From the NCBI RefSeq assembly GCF_009834535.1, contig NC_045696.1, positions 98,210,001 to 98,274,000 of the forward strand: 64,000 bases of DNA, in the 5' to 3' direction. A model generated the notes under the pieces. It had not been told where the DNA came from and did not search any database. It saw only the letters and a program-made list of their open reading frames with translations. Position numbers and translations under genes: made by a program. The DNA comes from Camelus ferus. Its lineage: Eukaryota. Each line of letters opens with the position of its first letter. The first letter of the stretch is position 1. Shown here piece after piece: positions 9,070 to 23,210 of this stretch.

Positions 9070-12000
9070 TCAAAAATGGGCTTTGATACAGCATTTCTTG
9101 AACTTTTCTCATAGTAGAGGGCCAGGTTGGTTAAGTCCAGCTAAATTATAAGATTTAGGATTGTTGCTACATTCCATTGTGTTTGGCGGTGGAACATTTT
9201 CCTTAAAAGCATCACCTAGGACCAGAGATTTGGGGAACACATTCTTGGGAAACTCTGAACTGAATTCACAAATGGAATCACATTAACTTGCAGGTTCTTG
9301 GTTTATTTTGTTCAAAGCCAAAATGTTTATTGTGATTTCAGTATTAAGGTCATGGGGCTACATGCTATCAGTGTGACTATAAAATACTAAGAATATATTC
9401 AGAAGAATGTTTTACAGGCATGTTTTTAATCCACCTTGGATCATAAGTTATACTATCAAAATGGGAGTTTTAAGTGCCAGTGAATATATACAAATGTGTA
9501 TAGTTACAGTAGATTTTATGATTTATGATAATGAAGTATAACTAATTTTTTGGAGCTATAAGAAAAAAAAAACTTCATTTAAGGATGGACAGGTCCAAGA
9601 GAAAGAGAGATGCACCTGCAGTCTCTCTGTTTCTAAACATTACCTTGCCTCCAGGATGATGTTGTCACGGATGTCAGGCTTTCCTAAGTTTCACCAGGCA
9701 GATAAGTCACTCTTCCCAAAAGGGCAAATAATGATGACACCTTCTGGGACGAGTGACTCAGAGTGACTCTGAGTAGTCAGAGCTGAAAAAGGCTTGATTC
9801 CTGCTCTTCAAGCCCTGCTCTGCCAGGCATGTTAGTGGTTAGGTACAAGTATTAATGGAGTAGTTTTATTGACATGTTCCTTCTTTGTTGTAGAATGTGG
9901 GTTAAAAAATTGGGTCAGTTGATAATTTTGGGGAAACCATTCTCACAACTGGAGTGCTACCTAGAACTGATAGGTGAGGAGTAAATAGAGGGCTCTTCTT
10001 CACTGTTAAAGGACCAGATGATACAAAGGAAGAGAGAGAAATCAGGAAATATGCAGTTTCTGTTAAATCAGAGAAAACAGTTCTAATGACTTGGAAGAGT
10101 TCAAGTACTTTGTACATGTATTTGTGTCTATTTGATATTGAACAGGAAAGAGTTTATGTAAAAATTATTCTCTCAGAAGCCCTGTATCATCATCATTGTT
10201 GTCATCGTCATCATCATATTCTGTCATCAATTGCTAGACGATTTACTATGAAAGAAGATTGTTGATTCGATTCTGATGTTCAAAACATGATAGGATTTTA
10301 GGTGAGAGCGAAGGAAGCTCCTAAATGTAAGTTATTTTTGAAAAGAGTTGGCTTTTGTTTCTGTTTGCATCCAGTCAAAACAACTGATTGATTCAGTCAA
10401 TTCAGTGAAAATTCTGCTCACATTGTTTTCTTAACTGAACTGTCCAGTTGTTTGTAAGGCAGCCAGAATTTTCCTGTAACTTGAGGGATATGACTGATTG
10501 ATAACACAATCTGATGGTATTGCTCCAAGGAGGGCCAAAACAACCTGAAAATGTTTCCAGGTGCACCAATGTCCCATTAGCTTTCTGTAATTATATTTAA
10601 TATCAAATAAGCTGCCTTTTTATGGATATGAAGAAACATTTTCTTGGCGACTTTTCTCTCTGGCATCTACTGATGTTGGTATGTATGTGTATGCACGTAT
10701 ATATATATATTTAACATGATCATCATCATTGATGGGCATAGTCTGCATATCTCTGGTGGGAATGTTGTTTCTTACCGAATTACAGACCAGTATTTTTGAA
10801 AGCTGGGAAATAAACAGGACAACTTCATACCATAAATCTTGCCACCTGACTCATCAATTTGAGGTTTCTTATTGAAACAAGGAAAACATCTTTAATCATG
10901 CAAATATTTGGAAACTGCAAGCATATCTCTATTTGGAATTTGGGAGGTAATTAAAATGGACAAGTTATGATTGATTAACTCATGAAGAATGGGTTAGTTA
11001 AAAGGCATTTGGTTCTGTTTCTATCCTTACATCAAGACCCATCAACAGGAATTAAGAAAACAGCATAAGTAGGTTTCAGCTCCTTGCTGAGGGCAATTAA
11101 TCAGGACAGAAGGTTGGGGAGATAAATTGGAATGGTGCCAAATAAATTAACCTGTTTTTTTCTTGTAGACCATCTAAATATTTTGATCTTTGATTTCTGT
11201 ATTAGATGATGGATTTTCAGGAAAAATTCCTGGGTATTTTGAATTATCAAATGAATAAATGACATTTGTTATATTTTCATATTAACAGCTTTACTTTATT
11301 TGAAACAAACTCGTAAAAATAAGTACATTTCTACCTTTAATTCAAATATGAGGAATAGTTTTATTTTAATTTAATTTAACAGAGCCTTAAAAAAGCTTAA
11401 AATCTTTTGAGGAAAGGGTAAGGTTTTACTAAATAAATGTTAATAATACAAAATGCCATATGGGTAGAAAAATAAAACCAAAAAATCAATTCTAAAAAGA
11501 AAATGTCAATATTTTCTGACAACCTGTTTACTCTTTACCTGATATGAATCTTCAAAAAGGTCTGTGTTCTACTTTGCATGGCTCCAGTTCAATTTCAATT
11601 TATTCTTAAAATTAGTTTGGAAGGGCAGCCTCCAGGCACCCAGATCATGCAGCTGACGCTGTCATTTGGCAGTCTGATTCTAACTACCAGATTGGTTTTT
11701 TCTGTTCTGAGAGTCTAAGTCATTGAGACGCTCTGTATTTCTATTATATTACTATGAAGTAATTTCTTAGGGAAATTCTCTGACGACTACTCTGGTTGAC
11801 ACTTGGGAGTAGCAAGCTGACAACAGATTCTCCTGTAATCATTTGCAAAAGTTAACATTTGAGTATTCAGAAAGATGATCAGTACAATGGGTGTTAGCAC
11901 TTGGATTTTCACCCTTCAGAGTGGTGTACATTTTAATGTTGGAGTGTTTTACAGTCTTTTGAAGGACTAGGTTTTTATATCACCATACTTTTAAATAGTT

Positions 12001-14643
12001 TTAAATAATAAAATTCTTCTGAATAATTCTGAGAATTAAATAGCTAAACTGACACCTTGATTGAGATTTAAAAGAAGATTCCAGAATCTTTGTTCAGTTT
12101 TTTGTTTTACTTCAGAGTTTTTTGGTCTCCAAATGCAAGGAGGGTTGAGCTTGCTTCACAATTAATGACCTAATTTTGTAGCACTGCATGCTGCTCCCCA
12201 ACATTGATCTGACTTGGAGGCACGTATGTTAAACATGATGTCAGCAGGAATTATTTTGACAGCTGCCACAAGCGGTAACATAAGACTCAAAAGGTTTTCA
12301 CTGTAGAGTGTGGTGGTCTAGAATATTGGTCTGATGTATATGTATTAGTGGACAAAGACAGTATTTAAGAGAAGAACCCACAAAGAAAAGTGATCACATT
12401 AATGGAACATTGGGAGATAAGGCTGAAACACACAAAAAATATCCCTTTTAATTTCAAATTCGAACAGCAGAATCAAAGCACATTCTTCTTTTTAATGGTC
12501 TCTGGTATGAGACCAGAGACTCACTTTACTACCATGAGAAGTGATTCCAAACTGTATGAAATACCATCCCTGATACACGAAGTATTGGCTGTTGACAAGT
12601 CTCTCTTCATCTGAAGAGAGTACCTCCGTGGATGGGCTACAGTTTTCATTCTCAAGACTGATTACAGCATCAGATTACATGATAAACTTGTTCAAAGCAT
12701 GGTCTTGTGTTTTCTAACAGTGTTAGATAAATATTCAGTGTCTGCATTTCAGAGGGTAACACAAGGATGACTCAAATAGCAAATTAAATTTAGGTATGCC
12801 ATCTGCTGCCTTTATGTTATGAATTCCAGCCCATAGGACATTGACTGGGCATGAATGTATAAACCATTGTCTTTTATTGTTGGACTTACTACAAACATTG
12901 GACAAATGTTCATCCATGCTGTTGATCTTCTTGGAAAGGGTAAAATTCAGCAAAAGTGAATTTTTTAAAGTTGTTGTAAGTTTTTTGTTTTAATAAAAAT
13001 AAACCATAACAGAAGAAAAAACAGCATGTACTTGTTTCTCTGAGTGCAACATCTCAGCAGGCTTTAGGAACTCATCCACAAGGGGTAAATTGTTTAATGC
13101 ATAATTGTAAGCAGAACTGTAAAAAGCCATATTAGACTTCCATGATTTTATTCTCTTCTTCTGGTAAAAGATCATTACTTCTCCCTGGGCCCCTAATGGT
13201 TAAGCCTTTTATAACTTTTCCATTTCTAAGGAAGTTCTTGATTTCTTCTGATGGTGACTCTTATGCCATGTCTTTACTTAAGAGTAGTTTCTTTAAGAAA
13301 TGTCTTCCCAAATGTTTCTGTAGAAATTTTCTTATTCTTCTTTCAAGACTTACTTTTTAAAAAGTCTCCATTTTGGAGGGACAATGGGTATATTTCCTTT
13401 TAGCTGTCTAATGTAAAATATGAATTTACAGACATGAAATTACAGTTTGGTGCTATCATTTGGAGGCATTTTTATCTTTTAATATCTGTTGCCAGTCTGG
13501 TTCTTTAGCAGCGTTTGCTCAGATGCAGTGGTTACCAGCACCAGTAAGAGCTGCTTTTCAAGGACTTTTGTAGATTTTTAGCTAACCCTGTAAAATGAGT
13601 TCTCTATTTTGGAGGCTAATAAAAGTCTTAATGATATGTGCAGCCAACAGATGGGACAGAGGGCTATTTTGGCAGTGGACAGTTGAAATCTGCCCTGAGT
13701 TGTTTGTATAAGGCTGTCACTAAAGTCAATAAAAGGTAATTTTCACACACAATTTAGTTCAGGGTGTAAAATGTGGGAAAGAGTAGCTGGTTTAAGTCCA
13801 ATGGGCATAAGGGTAGCAGTTGGTATAAGTTTTGTCTGATGTCAAATTCTAGCTGACAGACTGACAAGTTGATCAAGAGTAATATGGGACCGTGCCACAA
13901 ATTGTGGACAATGGCAGGGCTTCAGAGACTGAGAGAAGGACATAGCTGAAGTAATTATTCCCAACATCTCTGGCATAAGCTGTGATGATTTTTTTTAGGC
14001 TCTGTCTTCTCTGTTCCCAGTCTTCTTTCTTTTTCACTCTCACTCATATCCATTTTAAAGTCATTTCTGCTTAGCATTTTGTCCATCAAACAAAATGCTT
14101 ACATAAATGAATACCTCAGTGTGAGAGCATCATAATGGTGTCACACAGATTCAGAATATGGTGTATGTTCTGGCCATACAGGGTCAAGTGTGTGGCTCAA
14201 ATCTGCTGATATGAAAGAGGGACTCCATATATTCTCCCTGGTTATGGTAGGGGATATTATGTTTAATGCAAATAAGACTTTAATGGGGCTGAGAAAGAGT
14301 CTGAAGACTGGTTCATAAGTGAAAATTATGCATAGAAACTGTCAGGACTTTGCTCTTTCATGCACTATTAAATGAATTGTTAATAATTTATGCATATTTT
14401 GAGAATGAAAAAAGACTCAACGATGTTTTTGCACGCATTATTTTATCTGATGCTGGTGATCTCTGAATATGGTTTAAATGTATGCATGTAGCTGTGCAGA
14501 ACAGGTTCATATTCTAGCTCTTATTATTGTTCAGTCTTTGAAGGCAGGTACTGTAAGTACTGTAACTCTATACACCAAGAATACATGACAAATAAGAAAT
14601 GAGTTTATAGTCATTGAATTGGTGAGATTTTGTTAGACTGCTT

Positions 14644-14874
14644 CAGAGTTTCTTAATCTTAACATTATTGACATTTTGGGCTGGATAGTTCTTTGTTCAG
14701 GGGCTGTCCTGTGCATTTTAGGCTGTTTAGCAGCATGCCTGAACTCTACTTATGCCAATAAGTAGATGCCAATAGTATACTCTTTAGCCTTCTGAGCTGT
14801 GACAACTGAAAATGTCTTCAGATGTTGTCAAATATGTCCCTTTGGGGCGAAACCTCTCCTGTTGAGAACCACTG
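14644..14874 (-). mobile_element. MER20 (hAT-Charlie MITE)
   Basis: CAG...CTG termini; attgacattttgggctggatagttctttg..ggggctgtcctgtgcat..gttgagaaccactg. Confidence 0.85.
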
Positions 14875-16654
14875 GTTCACTGAGGGTTAGCTTGCTTCCA
14901 AGTCAAGCCAAGACTTCTGAACTTTAGTAAGATTATAGTCCCAGATGGAGAGGCAATTCTGGGAAAAGGTACATGTGTAGTATACTTAGATTAGACTATA
15001 GTCATGGCTTTTTGATGGCTCCATCAGCATCCCTAAGAACCTATTAAAGCATTAAATCACAAGGCACCATCAATGACAGTGAGGTACTTATGTGGCAGCA
15101 TGAAAACGATGCTTGCTCCAATAGGTTATTCTCTGGAACTGTGCAGAGCAGAGAGGTTGGTGGCCTTGTAGGCATCTGTGGTTTTGTGAGGTAAAGTGGA
15201 ACAGCTGTAGTCAGGGCAAAAGAAGCCTTGAAGCATGGCCTGAGGAGTTGGAAGCTGAGGTGTGACACACTGGAAAGCAACAGCAGTTGCCTGCGAAGAG
15301 GGTGGCAGGGACTGAGCTGGAGGCTTTTCTTGACTAGAGGTAACTGGGTTTCTTTAAAGCTCCTTGTGTTTGCTCTAAACATCTGTGAACACTTCCAGTC
15401 CCCCAGGGAAGCTGGGTTTCCTGCACAGTCCGGCTGGGCATGGAGCTTGTGACTGCAGTAAATGGCCTGATACTTTCTTACTGTTCACTGTATTTCTTGG
15501 GCTCGATTCCCTCTACCCTTTCTAGGTGAAGACAGGCTGGGGCAGGAGCAACTAGGAGCTGTGTACTTACTTTGTTTTCTTTCTATTTTAGTTGTGATAC
15601 TATCTCCCCAAAGTGAAGTAAAGAAGAGGGGCCCATTTCTTGCTAATTCTTGTCTCTGTATGATACAATTAAATGATTTTTGTTATGCTTGACATTTTCC
15701 CACAGACCATAACGCATTCTGGGGTTTGGCCTACCTAGTACTGTTAGTAAGAATCTTTGCAAGCACCAGACATTCATCCTTATTTGTGTATTTTTAAATT
15801 TTACATTTAACCCACATTTGAAAAGGAGTATGTTTTAAAAATACATTCTGTTTATTTAGAATTCTAAAGAGCAAGTGTAATCTGCTAATTTCTAGGTTAC
15901 AGAATTCTTAAAAATGTGCAACCGCTCACTAGGTGATTTAAAAGAGGGTGGTTTCAAGACCGACGTGAATGGTGCCTCTTCATTTGAGATGAGACTACAC
16001 TCAGTGAGAGTTTGAATGTGGTTGCTGAGTACATTTCACAGGTAGGGGATTATGGATGATTGTTGAAAGTCTGCTTACTTGCTCAGATCTTTTTGATAAC
16101 AGATTGCTTTGAGTCAGTTTTGGTCTTTCCAGGTACCATAGTTGCTCAAACACACAGGCATTTTCAAATGTCCATGCCTTTGTTTGCTCATGCTCTGCCA
16201 GCTGCTCAAAATAGCGTCTTTTCTGAAGTCCAGCTGAGGAAATTCTTCACCTCCTTCCCATAGTTTACTGAGTCCAAGGCACAGTGTTCCCTTCCCCATT
16301 TTAATGTGTCTCAGTTTGCTGTGATTCTTATGATGAATAGCATATCATAAGCAAATTGATGACTTCTTTCCATAATGATATATAAAGTAATGGTTGATTT
16401 TGTAATTGTTGGCAATTTAGATTTGATGAAATACAGTACATGAATCTGCACTGTCAATAGGTTATCCAAGTAGAAATGTGCAGTAGGCATTTGGAAGTGA
16501 TTGTCTATGTCTCTGGAGAGGTGAAGGTACAAAATACATTCTTCCATCCCAAGATTTCCCCAAAGCCTCAGTCCTTTACGGCATCAACTCTAAGACCTAA
16601 AAGCATACTCCTGGGAGATCACGTAAACTGAGAATTGATGAGGAACCAGTGAGG

Positions 16655-17105
16655 GTATAAATTCATAGAGCTGTGTAACTATCACCAAAATCCAATTTTA
16701 GAACCCTTCATTCGCTCCAAGTAGATCTGTCAGGCCCCTTTGCAGTTTATCACTGGTCCCATCCCCAGCTCCAGGCCGTTGTTAATCTGCTTTCTATTTC
16801 CATATATTTTTTTCTGGGCATTTCATATAAATGGAATAATATAATAAATAGTCTTCTGCACCTGGATTATTTCATTTAGCATAATGTTTTTTGAGGTTCA
16901 TCCATTTTGTAGTATTTATCAGTAGTTCATTCCTTTTTTTGCTGAATAATATTTCATTGTCTGCATGGACCACATTTTGTTTACCCATTTACCAGTTCAT
17001 GGATGTTTGAATTGTTTCTACTTTTTAGTTATTGTGAATAATGCTGCTAAGAACATTCACATAGAAGTCTTTGTGTGGATATGTTTTCATTTCACTTGGG
17101 TAGCT
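16655..17105 (-). mobile_element. L1M (L1MB/MC-type) 3' fragment
   Basis: ctgtgtaactatcaccaaaatccaattttagaac..catttcatataaatggaataata..gtgaataatgctgctaagaacattc. Confidence 0.8.
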
Positions 17106-17859
17106 ATAGAACAATTTCTTGATTGGACTATGGATTCTTGTCTGAGGAGCAGGATATTCTACAGACATCTTTGAAATTTTCTTTTTTTCATGGAGTTGTA
17201 TTGAAACCTTGAGTTAGATACCTAAAAATTAAAATACTAATGACTATGTGAATATGATAAGAGCAGCTAAAAGGCTGTTAAAATTTACTTGGCATCTGGT
17301 ACAATTTACTGTCATTCACTAGTAACTACCTCCATTTTTTTCCTGTCTGGAATAAAAATGACATATACATTATATTTACTAGTCTGCTAATACCACCGAA
17401 AAGCCTAGCGATTGACATTTTCTCAGACTGCTCTGAGGCAATGTAGCAATCTAATTCTTTAAAACTGTGTCCTTGAATGTATCATTTAATCTCCTCCCTT
17501 TTTGTCCTTTTATGGTTGAAGGACATTTTACATTTAAAAACTGGGATTTAGGTTGATTCTTAAAGGGGCCAATAGAAAAAAAATAATTTGTTTTAAAATC
17601 TTTTCAAATCCAGAACATCATTCAGGATAGTTTATTAATTTGCCAGAGAAGTTAAGAGATTAGAAAACCTTGATTTGCTCTGTTCTCTGGCTTCTTAGAA
17701 CTGCAGAGTAATGTAGAGTCCAGTTTTGCATCTGCAGATTTTTAACCGTATGAATAGGAAAAATGTGATGATGGTGAATGTTAAAATAACATTAAAAATA
17801 ACACTTCTCAGGACATTTCTGCTAAATTGGAAGTGATGGATGAAGACTTATAATATAGT

Positions 17860-17990
17860 CTTCATTCATTCATTCACCTACTCACTAAACTAGCCTCTTA
17901 TTATTTCTAAAGATATTTACATGTCATCTTCTATGTGCTTGACACTGAGCTAGGCACCCTGATGACAACTGTGAACAGCAGTTTAAAGTT
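17860..17990 (-). mobile_element. L2 3' end
   Basis: (TTCA)n tail followed by ctatgtgcttgacactgagctaggcacc. Confidence 0.55.
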
Positions 17991-18524
17991 TACACAGTAA
18001 AGTAAAGCTATTTAGCAGATGATTTTCCCAACTAATTAAAAAACATAGTTAATTCACTTTGGGAGAAGAAATTTGGAACTTTTAGTTACTTAATTTAAAG
18101 ATCTTCGGAACTTTCCTTCAGCTCTTTTGTGTAATAATTTGGTTGGCATCTTTCCTGAATCACCTGTGGGTTGGTATTGAGCAGCTTTTAAAATCAGGAG
18201 AAACATGACCAAAGACAAGAAGAATCATTCTCTGAAGTGAAGGTGCCAAGACCTCCAAGATGAGGTCTTCTGAACCCTATGTCTCTTGGTGAAAACTAAG
18301 GAGAAAAATATAAATATTGTTCAAAAATAAAACCCCAAGTTTAATTACAAGCATTTCATATAGAATAAAAATATTGTGCTGTGTTCTGTTCATCTAAAAT
18401 TCTTGCACATTTTCTTACATTATTGGTCTTGTACAAGATGCTTAATGTTGCTTCAGTTGAATGTGACACAAACAGATTTTTTAGTTACAAATGACTACTC
18501 TCTGGTACCAGATTCCTAGGTCCT

Positions 18525-19345
18525 TACATATAAGAAATATATATTTCATCTTTGTCCCCATTCCTAGCACAGAACTCCTGAACCCTTGGAATTGCCCAAG
18601 TGATGAGAGCCATAAAGGTGTCTTGATATTCATAACAAACCCCTTTCAACCACATCTGAGTGTATGTTAATAAGGTGACTTTTGGAAAGCACCTAAGGAT
18701 GGAGCTGGTTTCCAGAGGAACCAACCCTGTAATTAGAGGGTTGGAACTTTCAGTCTTACCTGCTTGACCTTGGGGAGGGGAGAGGAGTGGAGGTTAAATG
18801 AATCACCAGTGGCCAAAGATTTAATCAATTGTGCCTGTGTAATGTAGTCTTCATAAAACCCCAAAAGTACAGGGTTTGGAGAGTTTCTAGGTTGACTGAT
18901 GAACACATGCAGATTCGGGGAGAGTGGTGTTCCCAGAGAGCATGGAAGCTTTGACCCCCCCCTTCCCACATACCTTGCCCTGTGCATCTCTTCTCTCTGG
19001 ATTTTCCTAGTTATATCCTTTTATAATAAACCAGTAATTTAGTAAGTAAAATATTTCTCTGAGTTCTGGGAGTGGGGAGCCACTCTAGCAAATTAATTGA
19101 ACTCGAAGATTGGGTCACGAGAATGTCTGGTCTATAGCTGTTTGGTCAGAAACACAGGTGACAACCTGGACTTGCCATTGGCATCTGAAGCGGTGGGTAG
19201 GGGAGGACTGGGCAAGTCTGTGAGACTGAACCCTTAACCTAATGCTATCTCCAGGTTGATCATGTTAGAATTGAGTTAAATTGTAGGATACCCAGTTGGT
19301 GTCACAGAAAATTGCTTGGTGGTATTAAAAACACACACATATCGG
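18525..19345 (+). mobile_element. MER21-like solo LTR
   Basis: cagaactcctgaacccttggaatt..aaccaaccctgtaattagagggttggaactttcag..ttttataataaaccagtaat..ctctagcaaattaattgaac matches recalled MER21B/C. Confidence 0.8.
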
Positions 19346-20404
19346 AAATATCAACCAATGCCAAATTAGTTAAGTGCACTTTAAAGAATCTCTGTTTGTT
19401 ACTACAATAGTTTTTCAATAGAAAAAAATGTGTTTGGTATTGAAATATCAGAATAGGAATACAACTGTGTTTATTGTCTGCCAGGATTAGGATCAGAGAT
19501 GATCTGAGTTCCATATATATATGCTTTCACTAGCACAGGCCCAGTGGAGAAAGTGGGGATTCTGAATACCAGAGGAAATAGGCCCGCAGGAACACTCAGC
19601 CTCCTGTTTTCTCCTGGTGCTACGCATATGCTGATGGTGGCCAGGTGGAGGATTTGGCTAGCCCAGCTAATTGCTTCTATCTGGAGGAATAAGCGAATAG
19701 TGCAGAACAGTGCGCTACCCCTGGATACAAATTAAACGGCACTAAAGTGCACTTAGAAGAAATTAACAAAGCTCCAGAATGGAAAGTGACTTTAAAAAAT
19801 TCATTCTCTTTTTATTTCAATTTTACGATTAATGGGAAATGAATAAATGAAGAGACCATGTAGAGAGAGGAAATCGTAAGGGATTATTACCACAGCATAA
19901 AGCTTTTGTAGGTATTGTATTTGAATGGGCTGAATACAGGAGATGGGTTTTTAATCATTTCCCTGGTTTTAAATATCAGCATTATTTTTTTAAAAATACT
20001 ACCTTGGAAATCTGCAGACTAAGTCAGTATACTTTGGATTTCAAAATACAGAAATCACAAAATTTTTATGTATTCTCTCTAGTAGAAGCAAATGCTGTGG
20101 CTGTTCTCTCTCCAGGTGGATGTGATTTTTCTTTATGTTGTATCGAGGCAGATGACATAGAGGCACAATATGAGCTGCTTACACTTGAAGTTAGAGTTAT
20201 ACTTCTGACAACTTTGGTGTGTAAAAAATGGCACAGCATTGGCACACCATTGGTATTTATTTCACAAAATGTAAGGAGAACAAAACAGACTCCTAAACAG
20301 GTGAAAGACATTCCACAGTATACAGAATTCAACTGTGCTTCCTTCTCATACTTTGAAATGTTATCTGCTCAGTTGGGTGGGCCAGTTGAAGACCATCACT
20401 GTAT

Positions 20405-20580
20405 TATTTATTGAGAACTTACTCTGTGCCAGGCTCAGTACTAACAGCATGGATTGTCTATCTTGATTTTCATGTTTGTTCTATGTATTACGCCCATATT
20501 CTATTTGAAGAAAATGGGACTCAGAAAAAAGTAACTGCTCAAGGTCACACTTGTTCAGGGAGCCAAGAATTGAATCAGAG
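20405..20580 (-). mobile_element. MIR SINE
   Basis: ttattgagaacttactctgtgccagg..gaaaatgggactcagaaaaaagtaactgctcaaggtcacac. Confidence 0.7.
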
Positions 20581-21926
20581 ACATCATGTTTATTTGTACT
20601 TCAGACAACAGGAAGGGAGACCTGCGTAGTCCAGAAAGGGATGAGTCATCTGAAAAAAAAAAAAAAAAAGAGTGTGGATTCAGCTGTGACTTTCACACAG
20701 ATACTTCCACTTGCCTCCTGATTGGGTCTTCTTCATGATTAATTAAAAGCCAAATAAAAAATTTCATGTCAGAGTATTGAAATAATTGGAATAGATCTCA
20801 TTTTCTTTGGCTACACAGCATAGTATGAAGTGCTTTCCCCCAACTGGCATTCTTATAAATTACCATTATTTTTTCAGACAGTTTTCTACCCAGGTGGCTG
20901 AGTGTTTGGTTGCAAAATTAGTTCAGATGGTTTCACACAAAATTATGTTAAATGTTGCTACATGTGCTTTACTGAAATGAAATATTTAACATTTAATGAA
21001 TTCCTTTCCTCATTGGTTAAGTCTAATCTATCTGGCGCAATTTAAAAATGGGTTTCATTTATGAGTCTCTTGTTTTCCTATTGTTTCCATATTTATTCAG
21101 TATTTTTTATTAACTACTTACTGAGGGATTTAACAGTCTTCTGGTTTACTCAGCTGTGGCCCAGAAGACCAACCAGAGAATTCAGTGGCCCCTAAAATAA
21201 TCATATAAGATGCTTCCAGAGTATTTGAGGAGGAGAGTGGTAAGTGTGTATATGAAGTATTGTTACATTTTTGAGTGCTGTGTGTTTGAGGTATGTGATA
21301 ACAATTTTAAATGCTTGTGTTTCCTTATAATCTTGTCTGCTCAGAAATATTTTTAGGGTTTTGCTAATACTAATTTCTATTACAATGTGGGATTAACTAA
21401 TGTAACCTTAATTTCTATAGGAAGAACTTGATATTTAAGTAATAAAAATTATGTCTGAAAATATTCTGCTTTGGAGATTGGATGACTTTACTGGCTGTGT
21501 ATGGACTAAATTAGCAAACAATTGCACATATTTATTCTGAGCTGTGGAAGCTACTCTTTCTTTTGCTTGTGACAGAGAGGCCTGGCCTGGAGCAAACTCT
21601 GTCCCTCTCATACCTTGGCTGCATTTCATGGTGCATTTCCCTCTGTGCCCAGACCTCCGCTGTTGCCATCCACAGACCGATTCAAAGGCCGCTCTCAGTG
21701 GGCCTGCTCATGTGCTCAGTGTATCGGGAAGGGGATTGTGGAAAGTCAGACAAGAGAATGAAGTGAAGGGAGAGAAAGGGAGGAGAGAGTGAGGAAAGAG
21801 GGAAGGAAGGAAGAGACGGAGAAGAAGTAGTGAAGAAAAGGGGACTAGGAAATTCAGAAAAAGTGGATAAAGGAAGGAATACAGAGCAACAGAGGCGACT
21901 TTTTCCTCTACCTTCCTCTTTCTAAA

Positions 21927-23210
21927 GCGGGATTCTCAGTGTGACATCTACATAGAAAAATCAGGAGGTTTGTGAGTTGGGATTTGAAACAATTGCATGC
22001 TTATTTCTTCTTATTTGTAACTGAAAGTTGGCTTTTCCTTCAGCTATGAATGTAAGCCACAAGCCACTGTCATATTAGCAACACCCATGACTTTGTGTTT
22101 AACAGAAATAACAGATATTTTCATATCGCAATGTAATTGTTGCAGATATCTTGAAATATTACTTATCCTCATAACCACTTTGAAATTATGGTGGCTACTG
22201 GACTTGCCACTAGTTCTTATATAATGCTTAAAAAAAAAGCACATATACTGTATCATATGTTTGGTTTTAAAACATTTTAGAATTGTATTTCAGTATAACT
22301 ACTTTCCTTTTCAATCCTATACATTTTATTTTATGCACTTAAAAATGTTATTCTGATGGCCATCATTCAAAAGTCCACAAATGACAAATGCTGGAGAGGT
22401 TGTGGAAGAAAGGGAACCCTCCTATACTGCTGGTGGGAATGCAGTTTGGTGCAGCCACTGTGGAAAACAGTATGGAGATTCTTCAAAAGACTAGGAATAG
22501 ACTTACCATATGACCCAGGAATCTCGCTCCTGGGCATATATCCAGAAGGAGCCCTACTTCAGGATGACACCTGCACCCCAATGTTCGTAGCAGCACTGTT
22601 CACAATAGCTAAGACATGGAGACAGCCTAAATGTCCATCAATGGATGACTGGATAAAGAAGAAGTGGTATATTTATACAATGGAATACTATTCAGCCGTA
22701 AAAATGACAACGTAACGCCATTTGCAGCAATATGGATGGACCTGGAGAATGTCATTCTAAGTGAAGTAAGCCAGAAAGAGAAAGAAAAATACCATGTGAG
22801 ATTGCTTATATGTGGAATCTAAAAAAAAAAATAAATAAAAGAACATAAATACAAAACAGAAACAGACTCATAGACATAGAATACAAATTTGTGGTTGCCA
22901 AGGGGGTGGGTGGGAAGGGACAGACTGGGATTTCAAAATGTAGAATAGATAAACAAGATTATACTGTATAGCACAAGGAAATATATACAAGATCTTGTGG
23001 TAGCTCACCATGAAAAAAAATTGTGACAATGAATATTTTTTTTTTCATGTATTACTGAAAAATTGTGCTCTACACTGGAATTTGACACAACATTGTAAAA
23101 TGACTATAACTCAATAAAAAAAGTTAAAAAAAAGTTATTCTGAGAAGGGACCCGTAGGCATTGCCAGATACTAAAGGGGTACATGGCACATCAAAGGTTA
23201 AGATCCTCTG
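21927..23210. mobile_element. Charlie4-like hAT DNA transposon relic, split by an L1
   Basis: Halves are collinear across the L1 (..aaaaatgttattctga|gaagggacccgtaggc..aaaggttaagatcctctg). TIR-like end. Confidence 0.65.
22357..23127 (+). mobile_element. Young 5'-truncated L1 (ORF2 C-terminus, 3'UTR, polyA)
   Basis: ORF 22356-22715 is the L1 ORF2 cysteine-rich end ([26 protein letters not shown]). AATAAA and A tail. TSD aaaaatgttattctga 22341-22356 / aaaaaagttattctga 23128-23143 at a TT|AAAA site. Confidence 0.95.
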
